Shown piece after piece: positions 1-6,658 of a DNA stretch of 25,752 nucleotides. The position numbers and the translations under genes are program-made. The stretch's first letter is position 1. Every line of letters begins with the position of its first letter. The DNA is taken from positions 1 to 25,752 of IMG/VR virus record IMGVR_UViG_3300031608_000040; one strand, 5' to 3'. This DNA comes from a virus (taxonomy: Duplodnaviria; Caudoviricetes). The notes beneath the pieces are model-generated. The model worked only from the letters and a program-made list of their open reading frames with translations, was not told the origin of the DNA and searched no databases.

Positions 1-1
1 T

Positions 2-49
2 CAAAAAGAATGGTATCGACCAAAAGATGAGGTTTATGTAAGCGGATAA
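2..49 (+). CDS. 3' end of an upstream ORF (partial)
   Basis: Open frame QKEWYRPKDEVYVSG* ends at TAA 47-49, just before the RBS (AAGGAG) of the next gene. Confidence 0.5.
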   Translation, partial: QKEWYRPKDEVYVSG

Positions 50-64
50 AATAAGGAGAGCGCA

Positions 65-280
65 ATGCTAACATGCTTAATAATTGCAGGATCGTTATGG
101 ATAGGTGATGACACACGTATGTTTCCTACACAAGGAACATATTATTTTTTAAAGGTTAAAGACAGCTTAAATGTTTATACTGAAAAGGGTAGAGTGACTA
201 GTTTTCCGATACCTAAAGATTTAAATGGCGACAATATAAAAGAATTATTTGCTAACACATGCGCTCCCATGGTGGAATAG
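65..280 (+). CDS. hypothetical protein, 71 aa; last 18 nt overlap tRNA-Leu
   Basis: AAGGAGAG RBS upstream; hydrophobic N-terminus. Confidence 0.6.
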   Translation: MLTCLIIAGSLWIGDDTRMFPTQGTYYFLKVKDSLNVYTEKGRVTSFPIPKDLNGDNIKELFANTCAPMVE

Positions 281-348
281 GTAGACACGCCAGACTTAAA
301 ATCTGTTGGCCATAGGCCGTCCCGGTTCAAGTCCGGGTGGGAGCACCA
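263..348 (+). tRNA. tRNA-Leu(UAA)
   Basis: GCTCCCA/TGGGAGC acceptor stem, GTGGAATAGGTAGACAC D-arm, anticodon TAA 297-299, long variable arm, GGTTCAAGTCC T-arm, A73, encoded CCA. Confidence 0.97.
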
Positions 349-353
349 ATAAA

Positions 354-429
354 GTTCGGATAGCTTAGCGGTTAAAGCCCCCCGCTCATAACGGGTTGAT
401 CGTAGGTTCAAATCCTACTCCGAACACCA
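354..429 (+). tRNA. tRNA with CAU anticodon (Ile2/lysidine type or elongator Met; not initiator)
   Basis: GTTCGGA/TCCGAAC acceptor, loop CTCATAA (385-391), GGTTCAAATCC T-arm, CCA end; paired G1-C72 and no GGG/CCC initiator stem. Confidence 0.93.
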
Positions 430-448
430 ATAATTAAAAGGATATAAA

Positions 449-712
449 ATGGATATAAAAGGACCAGGATATTCGAATAATTACGCATCACAGCCAGTAG
501 AACTAATAGTCAAAACTCAACGAGCAAGAGACATTCAAATGGACTTGGCTGTAAAACAAAGGAATTGGGTTGAACATACGGTATCAAACCATAGAGAAAT
601 GAAACAGTCATATGATGCGATGGCTGAAACATACAATTCATCCGGTAAAGTAAAACGACAACCAGAACCTGTTGAAGGTTCTATGACAAAATCAGTGGAT
701 ATAAAAGCATGA
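449..712 (+). CDS. hypothetical protein, 87 aa
   Basis: AAGGA RBS; ATGA overlap with next ORF. Confidence 0.7.
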   Translation: MDIKGPGYSNNYASQPVELIVKTQRARDIQMDLAVKQRNWVEHTVSNHREMKQSYDAMAETYNSSGKVKRQPEPVEGSMTKSVDIKA

Positions 713-1056
713 CTAAATCAATTGGACCAAATGATATTGTTCCACCAAAATACTATTCTGGTTGGGGACATGGCGAACATAATAAACATGAACAAAGTTA
801 TATGGTAGACTCTCTTTATGATACGACTGATTATACTTTCTCTATAAGTGGAAAAGCAATTACTACATCAAATGTAGGCACGTCTGGCCCATTTAAATCT
901 GCATTTGAAGCATCAACAGAAGGAGTAATTAGACAAGAACTTATTACGTATAGAATGCGTGATGGAATAATGATAAAAGAAGTTAATGTAAGAAAATATA
1001 CACCAAACGATTATATCGATTCAAAAGATGTAATTCCACTAGGGGAGATAGACTAA
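709..1056 (+). CDS. hypothetical protein, 115 aa
   Basis: Translationally coupled at both ends (ATGA, TAATG). Confidence 0.7.
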   Translation: MTKSIGPNDIVPPKYYSGWGHGEHNKHEQSYMVDSLYDTTDYTFSISGKAITTSNVGTSGPFKSAFEASTEGVIRQELITYRMRDGIMIKEVNVRKYTPNDYIDSKDVIPLGEID

Positions 1057-1283
1057 TGCAAGTATTAAACGAGTCTTATACGATGCAAGAACAAATGATT
1101 AAAGCATGTCGTATGCATGCTGAAGGTGATCTAGAAAGAGCTAAAACTAATTTTATGGTTTATTTAAATAATCCTGTTGGCATTGGTGAACACAGCGATA
1201 TTGTAGAGGCTATGCAAAAAGAGCTTAGCACTATGGGTCATGCAAGTGAACGTCTTGAAATGTTAAGTAAGCATTTTGAATGA
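1056..1283 (+). CDS. small hypothetical protein of a type recalled from marine T4-like phages
   Basis: GGGGAG RBS; motif HAEG...VYLNNPVGIGEHSDIVEA. Confidence 0.75.
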   Translation: MQVLNESYTMQEQMIKACRMHAEGDLERAKTNFMVYLNNPVGIGEHSDIVEAMQKELSTMGHASERLEMLSKHFE

Positions 1284-1969
1284 AATATTTTATTGCTGCT
1301 CCATTTGGAAATTATATAAAACTATCAAATGCGATTAGCGTAACTGGAAGTTGGACTTATCAGAATCGTCCAGGACTATTTCCTCAGATCTTAAAAACAC
1401 TTCGTTATACTAAAGATGGATGGCGAAATAAAATAGGTCTGAGGAATGCTGGAATAAAAGAAGGATTAAAAAGATCTGGTCCTAATGATGTTTTAAGTTT
1501 AGCTGCGATAGATCATTGGGATTGGGTCAACATGGAAAGTGTTGTTCCAAGTACGACTTCTTTAGAAATTAATATTAGTTGTCCCAATTTGGATAAAGAT
1601 GTTGGAGCAGCTAGCTTACCAGGATTTAAATTCTGGCCAGTTGGTAAGCGAGAATGGTGTATTTGTAAAGTTCCTCCGACAGCGACAGAAAGTCTTATTG
1701 ATCAGATAGTTGACTTTGGATATAGTCAAATTCATGCTAGTAACACTTTATATTCTATTCATGGGGGACAGAGTGGAAAATTACTAATACCATACACAAA
1801 CCGAATTATTGAATACATCAAAACAAAATATCCTCATGTAACAATTATTGCTGGTGGTGGTGTGACTACAAAAAAAGATGCTGAAAATTATTTTAAACAC
1901 GGCGCTGATTATGTAAGTCTTGGATCAGTGTGTTTTACACCATGGAAAATAAAAAATATTTTAACTTAA
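1280..1969 (+). CDS. pyrD: dihydroorotate dehydrogenase-like FMN TIM-barrel (class 1, short)
   Basis: EINISCPN (catalytic Cys loop), KVPP, SNT, GGQSG, IIAGGGV, GADYVSLGS motifs. Confidence 0.8.
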   Translation: MKYFIAAPFGNYIKLSNAISVTGSWTYQNRPGLFPQILKTLRYTKDGWRNKIGLRNAGIKEGLKRSGPNDVLSLAAIDHWDWVNMESVVPSTTSLEINISCPNLDKDVGAASLPGFKFWPVGKREWCICKVPPTATESLIDQIVDFGYSQIHASNTLYSIHGGQSGKLLIPYTNRIIEYIKTKYPHVTIIAGGGVTTKKDAENYFKHGADYVSLGSVCFTPWKIKNILT

Positions 1970-1986
1970 AACACCTGGCTTTCCTG

Positions 1987-1994
1987 TATAAATA
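1987..1994 (+). promoter_or_regulatory. T4-type late promoter TATAAATA
   Basis: Exact consensus in the intergenic gap 37 nt before the AsnRS-like gene; gp33 is present in the window. Confidence 0.75.
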
Positions 1995-2031
1995 ATGTCA
2001 ATTGAACACTACACACTGAGAGGAAATATTC

Positions 2032-2856
2032 GTGACACAATTGATTGATCCACAAAAATTTACAAAAGCCGTTGACCTTTTAAGGTCATTTTTTTTAAAC
2101 AGAGGCTTTCATGAAGTACATACACAAAACCGTTTAAGCATTTTAGCAGCGTGCGAAGATCCAGAAAACGTTGCAACATATAACTATGAAGGTCAAGTTT
2201 GGCCTCTTCCGCAGACTGGTCAGATGTGGTTGGAATATGAATTATTAACTCGCCCCTCTTCGAAGGGGTTTTTTTGTATCTCAACTTCTTACAGACAAGA
2301 ACCGAATGCAATTCCAGGCAGACATGACACGATTTTCCCGATGTTTGAATTCGAAATGCCAGGAGATATTAATGATCTCAGAGTAATGGAAAGGCAATTG
2401 TGTGCCCATCTAGGATTCGATGATTTAACAGAAAAAACATACAGAGAGTGGCAACAACATTATGGCTTAAGTGCTACAACTGAATTAGATGCACAGCATG
2501 AACTAGCTATGCAAGCTGGTTTTAATAGCTGTATGATTACAGACTTTCCAGAATTCACAAGTCCATTTTGGAATATGGCAAGAAATGAAGATGGCACGAG
2601 TAAGAAAATTGATGTTATTCTTGGAGGTATGGAAACAATTGGTAGTGCAGAACGTAGCACTGATAAAGACCAAATGCGTGACACATTCCATACAATTTCA
2701 GATGGTGAATATGCTGGCTTGATTAGTAGCCTATTCGGAAAAGATAGAGTAGAAGCTGAATTAGAAAAATTCTTAGAGTTTGATTTCTTTCCAAGAGTTG
2801 GAGGAGGAATTGGTATGACGCGCATGATTAGTGCGCTGGATACTCTTAAGAAATAA
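2032..2856 (+). CDS. class IIb aaRS (Asn/Asp/Lys family) catalytic domain only, no N-terminal anticodon-binding OB fold
   Basis: Motif 1 LRSFFLNRGFHEVHT, LPQTGQMWLE, motif 2 SYRQEP..GRH..FPMFEFE, ETIGSAER, motif 3 GGGIGMTRM; GAGAGG RBS, GTG start; 274 aa. Confidence 0.88.
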   Translation: MTQLIDPQKFTKAVDLLRSFFLNRGFHEVHTQNRLSILAACEDPENVATYNYEGQVWPLPQTGQMWLEYELLTRPSSKGFFCISTSYRQEPNAIPGRHDTIFPMFEFEMPGDINDLRVMERQLCAHLGFDDLTEKTYREWQQHYGLSATTELDAQHELAMQAGFNSCMITDFPEFTSPFWNMARNEDGTSKKIDVILGGMETIGSAERSTDKDQMRDTFHTISDGEYAGLISSLFGKDRVEAELEKFLEFDFFPRVGGGIGMTRMISALDTLKK

Positions 2857-2862
2857 GAATAA

Positions 2863-2971
2863 TCCGAGGTGGTGGAATGGTAGACACGCCGTACTGTTTA
2901 TACGGTGAATCAAATATACCCGCAAAAGTATATTTATATTCGTGAAGGTTCGAATCCTTCCCTCGGAGCCA
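2863..2971 (+). tRNA. non-canonical tRNA-Asn(GUU), 109 nt, with 38-nt variable arm
   Basis: TCCGAGG/CCTCGGA acceptor, G73, CCA; anticodon stem CCGTA/TACGG with loop CTGTTTA; T-arm GAAGG-TTCGAAT-CCTTC; variable region 2906-2943. Confidence 0.9.
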
Positions 2972-3011
2972 ATTATATATACAATAGAAGGATATATTAT
3001 AGGAGAAGTGA

Positions 3012-3203
3012 ATGAGTAAAATTATCGAGTTTCCTCAAACATCAGAATTGGATAAACAATTTATGACAATAGAATCACAACAGCAGGTAATTAGAGATCA
3101 AGCAGCACTAATCAAACAGCTTGAAGATGACAAAAAAGCAAAAGCTGAACTTCGTGAGGAAGGCGGCCAAATTAAAGGCGAAGCAGTCTTTCTAAACGAG
3201 TAA
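3012..3203 (+). CDS. hypothetical coiled-coil protein, 63 aa
   Basis: AGGAG RBS; heptad-like Q/L/E-rich sequence. Confidence 0.7.
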   Translation: MSKIIEFPQTSELDKQFMTIESQQQVIRDQAALIKQLEDDKKAKAELREEGGQIKGEAVFLNE

Positions 3204-3206
3204 ACA

Positions 3207-3214
3207 TATAAATA
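3207..3214 (+). promoter_or_regulatory. T4-type late promoter TATAAATA
   Basis: Exact consensus, intergenic, upstream of the lipase gene. Confidence 0.75.
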
Positions 3215-3247
3215 ATATTATCTAAAAGAATACAAGGTAATACTATT

Positions 3248-4015
3248 ATGGCACAACCAATAAATCAATTAAGCTTTAAAGCCAGAAGCCTCTTGTTTGC
3301 TCAACTATCAGCAATTGCGTACTCCGATCTTAAAGAAGCTAAGACCGCAGCACGAAGACTTGAATTCACTACAGTTGAATTTTATGATGTCAATGGCGCA
3401 CAGGCATACAGATTTATGAATAAGTATGATTGTATTATCACATGCAGAGGAACTCAGCCAACTGAGTTTAACGATATTAAAGCTGATTTGCAATCAATTC
3501 CAGTAATGGCAGAAACAGTATCAAGAGTTCATAAAGGGTTTAAGGCCGAGGTCGATGAACTTTGGCCAGCTATATGTGAAGATCTAGATAGAAAGCAAAA
3601 TAACAAAAAAACACTTTGGTTTTGCGGACATTCTCTCGGTGCTGGTATGGCAACAATCATGTCGTCACGATGCTTACATAATATATTTTTAAAAAATCCG
3701 GTTGAATTGTATACGTTCGGTTCTCCTCGTGTAGGCTTTAAGAAATACTGCAAATCTCTTGGAGTAATTCATCACCGTTTCGTAAATAATAACGATGTTG
3801 TCACTCGCGTGCCCTTAGTAATGATGGGTTATAGACATCACGGAACAGAACATTATATGGATTCCAATGGAGAATTCACAAATGTGTCTGGGATAAAAAG
3901 ATTTTGGGATAGATTAAAAGGCATGGCTGCCGGTATTATGAAATTAAAAATAGATAATTTTAGTGATCATAGTATGGATTGTTACATAGAGAATATAAAA
4001 AATATGAAAGAATAG
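3248..4015 (+). CDS. class 3 lipase (alpha/beta hydrolase)
   Basis: CRGT oxyanion motif, GHSLG nucleophile elbow, YTFGSPRVG, NNNDVVTRVP, C-terminal DH(SM). Confidence 0.92.
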   Translation: MAQPINQLSFKARSLLFAQLSAIAYSDLKEAKTAARRLEFTTVEFYDVNGAQAYRFMNKYDCIITCRGTQPTEFNDIKADLQSIPVMAETVSRVHKGFKAEVDELWPAICEDLDRKQNNKKTLWFCGHSLGAGMATIMSSRCLHNIFLKNPVELYTFGSPRVGFKKYCKSLGVIHHRFVNNNDVVTRVPLVMMGYRHHGTEHYMDSNGEFTNVSGIKRFWDRLKGMAAGIMKLKIDNFSDHSMDCYIENIKNMKE

Positions 4016-4033
4016 GGATCCAGGAGACTACTT

Positions 4034-4111
4034 TTGGATTTTCCTGCAAATTGGTTGATTGACGACCCCTGTGACGACTGCACTCACTGGGTGTCTGTTT
4101 TACACAAATAG
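4034..4111 (+). CDS. putative 25-aa micropeptide MDFPANWLIDDPCDDCTHWVSVLHK
   Basis: AGGAG at 4022-4026, TTG start 7 nt later; fills the gap before the next promoter. Confidence 0.45.
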   Translation: MDFPANWLIDDPCDDCTHWVSVLHK

Positions 4112-4114
4112 TTA

Positions 4115-4143
4115 TTTACTTTTGTACAAAAATATGATATAAT
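4115..4143 (+). promoter_or_regulatory. early-type sigma70 promoter
   Basis: TTTACT-17 nt-TATAAT with TG extended -10. Confidence 0.75.
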
Positions 4144-4168
4144 TATATGAGATAAAATGGAGATATAA

Positions 4169-4531
4169 ATGAGAAAACTAATATTAATGTGCTCAGCATT
4201 AACATTCATAGCAGCGTCTGCCAACGCTGCGACGAGATTAGCTCATGTAACGCATATTCAAAATAATGGTTATCAATGTGAGGATACTTCTAATTTTTTA
4301 TCCTCCATGATCGTTGGTGCTGCACTCGGAAAAATAATTACTGGAAACGACAGAGGCGCGGTCGTTGGTGCTGCGCTGACATCGTCTTTAAATAATAATA
4401 ATAGAAGATGTTATAAGGTTCGAACAGTTTTCTGGCAAGCACAAAGCTATGGAAGATTATATCGAGGTAGTACAATAGTACGAGGAGATCAGTATTTTGG
4501 ATCAACAATATATGTGGATGGATTACCATAA
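4169..4531 (+). CDS. secreted/membrane glycine-zipper protein
   Basis: Signal peptide ending ASANA; VGAALG...GAVVGAAL zipper; GGAG RBS. Confidence 0.7.
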   Translation: MRKLILMCSALTFIAASANAATRLAHVTHIQNNGYQCEDTSNFLSSMIVGAALGKIITGNDRGAVVGAALTSSLNNNNRRCYKVRTVFWQAQSYGRLYRGSTIVRGDQYFGSTIYVDGLP

Positions 4532-4806
4532 TGAAAAGAGATGATATGGATGTGGAACGAATGGCAGAGATTATAAATTATATTAGCTGTAAATTAATGG
4601 ATGAGGGTAATGAACCTGAATTAGTTGCCGGCGTGTTAGCCGCTTGCTCACTAAGCATATATAAGTCCATTTTAAAAGAAGAAGACTATCAGCATATGAT
4701 AGATGAGATTAGTAAAAGCCGGGATATGATTGGTCCTTTCGTGCGTAGCGAAAAGGCTAATATTGAAGATATAGTAATGGCTTCGCGAAGCAAATATATA
4801 CACTAA
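4531..4806 (+). CDS. hypothetical protein, 91 aa
   Basis: TAATG coupling with upstream gene. Confidence 0.7.
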   Translation: MKRDDMDVERMAEIINYISCKLMDEGNEPELVAGVLAACSLSIYKSILKEEDYQHMIDEISKSRDMIGPFVRSEKANIEDIVMASRSKYIH

Positions 4807-4824
4807 AGTTGAAGGAGTATGATT

Positions 4825-4989
4825 ATGGTGCAGTTAACAGACGATACAGAAGCTGAACGCTATCGTAAAATACTCCTATCACAAGCATCTGAAATACAAA
4901 TGCTAAGAGAACAAATAAAAGAAGAAGTGAAAGAGAAGTATGGTTATATAAAAAGAATCAGGGAATTAAAGGAATTGATAAATGTTTAA
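4825..4989 (+). CDS. hypothetical coiled-coil protein, 54 aa (not in ORF track)
   Basis: AAGGAG RBS 4812-4817; MVQLTDDTEAERYRKILLSQASEIQMLREQIKEEVKEKYGYIKRIRELKELINV. Confidence 0.7.
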   Translation: MVQLTDDTEAERYRKILLSQASEIQMLREQIKEEVKEKYGYIKRIRELKELINV

Positions 4990-5446
4990 CAAAATATTAT
5001 TAGTAAGTGCAATATTTATTATTGCGTCGTGTACAGCGAGTATATCAGTAAAAGCAGATCCAGAATTGTATCTAGAACCATCAGCGCCTAATACAATAGA
5101 TGATAAAAAAGATAAAAAATTAGCTGATAAAAACTACGATGCTCCGCCCTCAGAAATTCCTAGAAATCCGACCCAGCAGGCAATGAGAATTCCGTGCGAT
5201 AATACAGATTATGTGGTCAACTTGCTAGAAGAATACGGTGAGAAAAAACTATTCGACGCCGCGGGCATATTGCATATGATTCCTCCTGGTCGACCTCCAC
5301 AGTTTGCTCAACCATTCGCAGCACCAGTATCATTCTATGTAGATATGGATAGCGGCAAATGGACTTTACTTGTAAGCCAAAGCGGTTATACATGCCTTAT
5401 CACCAGTGGCAATGAATTTATTGCCGGTGGCCGAGACGGTGGGTAG
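4982..5446 (+). CDS. putative lipoprotein/exported protein
   Basis: Basic-hydrophobic N-terminus with IIAS-C lipobox; two Cys in C-terminal domain (PC...YGE...GKWTLL...TCLI..G). Confidence 0.65.
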   Translation: MFNKILLVSAIFIIASCTASISVKADPELYLEPSAPNTIDDKKDKKLADKNYDAPPSEIPRNPTQQAMRIPCDNTDYVVNLLEEYGEKKLFDAAGILHMIPPGRPPQFAQPFAAPVSFYVDMDSGKWTLLVSQSGYTCLITSGNEFIAGGRDGG

Positions 5447-5729
5447 TGGTGTATGGATGCTTTATTCGCTTTTTTTGCTTGTAGAGCCGAATGAGAGATT
5501 TATCTTTGAAGGAACACAATATCAAAGTAAAGCTCAATGCGTCCAAATGACAACCCAAAATATTGTAAAACTATCTCAATCTCTAATATTGCAATTAAAT
5601 AATGAGTACGGCAAAAATACATGGAAGGCATTGGAAATTGGATGTGTAGAGAAAGGTGGCGATCCTATGAAAAGGGTTCCAATAATTAATAAACACAAAG
5701 AAAAGAAACCAGAAGGCGAAATGGTATGA
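5406..5729 (+). CDS. hypothetical protein (true start probably further downstream, near 5457)
   Basis: ORF track; hydrophobic segment then two Cys; ATGA coupling downstream. Confidence 0.6.
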   Translation: MAMNLLPVAETVGSGVWMLYSLFLLVEPNERFIFEGTQYQSKAQCVQMTTQNIVKLSQSLILQLNNEYGKNTWKALEIGCVEKGGDPMKRVPIINKHKEKKPEGEMV

Positions 5730-5938
5730 CTGAAGCTGAAATTGAAATTGAATTGAGCAGACAAATGTCTGATTATTATTATATTGAACGATCAAAAAAT
5801 TTCAGACGAAATATACACGATGCGCAACAAAGAAGTAAACTAATGGAGTTAAGAGTTAAACCAGTCGAAAAACAAGAAAGCTATCATGCATATATAGCTA
5901 GAAGATATAAAGAAATAGAGGATACCACTAATGTTTAG
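5726..5938 (+). CDS. hypothetical protein, 70 aa
   Basis: Coupled ORF in operon. Confidence 0.65.
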   Translation: MTEAEIEIELSRQMSDYYYIERSKNFRRNIHDAQQRSKLMELRVKPVEKQESYHAYIARRYKEIEDTTNV

Positions 5939-6137
5939 CAAGCAATGTCAATCACATTTAAATGACGTAAATGAAACCGCAATAGATCATATGTATAGCG
6001 CAGTAACAGCTGCAGTTAAATTACAGGCATTAGTACCGCTTTTGCTTGTTCATAGTGTTGTTCCAAGTCTATTTACTACTACAGCATCGGATACCATGAA
6101 AGATATATTAAAAGATAGAGGAACTACCGATGAGTGA
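5931..6137 (+). CDS. DUF6356-like small membrane-associated protein
   Basis: HL..V.ET...H...A......L.VH.VVP.LF..TAS pattern; GAGG RBS. Confidence 0.6.
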   Translation: MFSKQCQSHLNDVNETAIDHMYSAVTAAVKLQALVPLLLVHSVVPSLFTTTASDTMKDILKDRGTTDE

Positions 6138-6378
6138 TATGTTTGATTTTGGCTTTACAGCTGTTACCGAAGATGAATTAGAAGTTTCAAAACAAGCTAT
6201 GAATTCAGCCGTTGATGCTGAATCAAGTCAAACAAGATTAGACGATTTGTATAACGCAGTTATTCCACTATTAAATAATCTAAAGAAAAATCCTGAAAAA
6301 GAATACATTCTTTGGCCGGATAGACTTGCAAAAGTTGAATCATTTGAAACGCATCTTACAAAAATCTATAAAGGTTAG
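6130..6378 (+). CDS. hypothetical protein of a type recalled from T4-like phages
   Basis: FDFGFTAV.EDEL and PLLNNLKKNPEKEYILWPDR motifs; GAGG RBS. Confidence 0.75.
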   Translation: MSDMFDFGFTAVTEDELEVSKQAMNSAVDAESSQTRLDDLYNAVIPLLNNLKKNPEKEYILWPDRLAKVESFETHLTKIYKG

Positions 6379-6461
6379 CTGTAACAAATATATTACACTT
6401 TAAATTAATGCGCTTAACTGCGCATTTTTTGTTGTACATTCTCTCCATATTGTAGTATAAA
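6378..6461 (+). repeat. regulatory cassette copy 1: palindrome + terminator hairpin + early promoter
   Basis: TGTAAC-N6-ATTACA (6380-6397); AATGCGC/GCGCATT hairpin with T tract (6407-6430); TGTACA-17-TATAAA (6433-6461). Confidence 0.85.
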
Positions 6462-6484
6462 GGTACCATGATAAGGAGATCATA

Positions 6485-6658
6485 ATGCAAGAATATCGTG
6501 AAATTTCTAAGATGCTTCGTCAGTTAATTCGGCATACAAATTCGCCTACTTCACCTATTCACGCAGAGAGCATCCGCGCCATAGCGGAATTCTGTGAGGA
6601 TAAGGCTGACGATATCGAATTGGATATGATTGTAGAAATGCAAAGGAATGCAGTATGA
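6485..6658 (+). CDS. hypothetical protein, 57 aa (not in ORF track)
   Basis: AAGGAG RBS right after promoter; MQEYREISKMLRQLIRHTNSP...; ATGA coupling. Confidence 0.75.
   Translation: MQEYREISKMLRQLIRHTNSPTSPIHAESIRAIAEFCEDKADDIELDMIVEMQRNAV

Noticed and set aside
175-411. 78-aa minus-strand ORF
   Set aside because: Antisense shadow of the two tRNA genes
2906-2943. Extra tRNA sequence read as an intron, or the RNA read as tRNA-Sec or tmRNA
   Set aside because: The insert is in the variable-arm position, not after base 37, and is too short for a group I intron. The acceptor stem is 7 bp, the anticodon is GUU, and there is no tag ORF
2060-3753. Minus-strand ORFs over the aaRS-like and lipase genes
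   Set aside because: Antisense to motif-supported genes; no RBS or recognisable motifs
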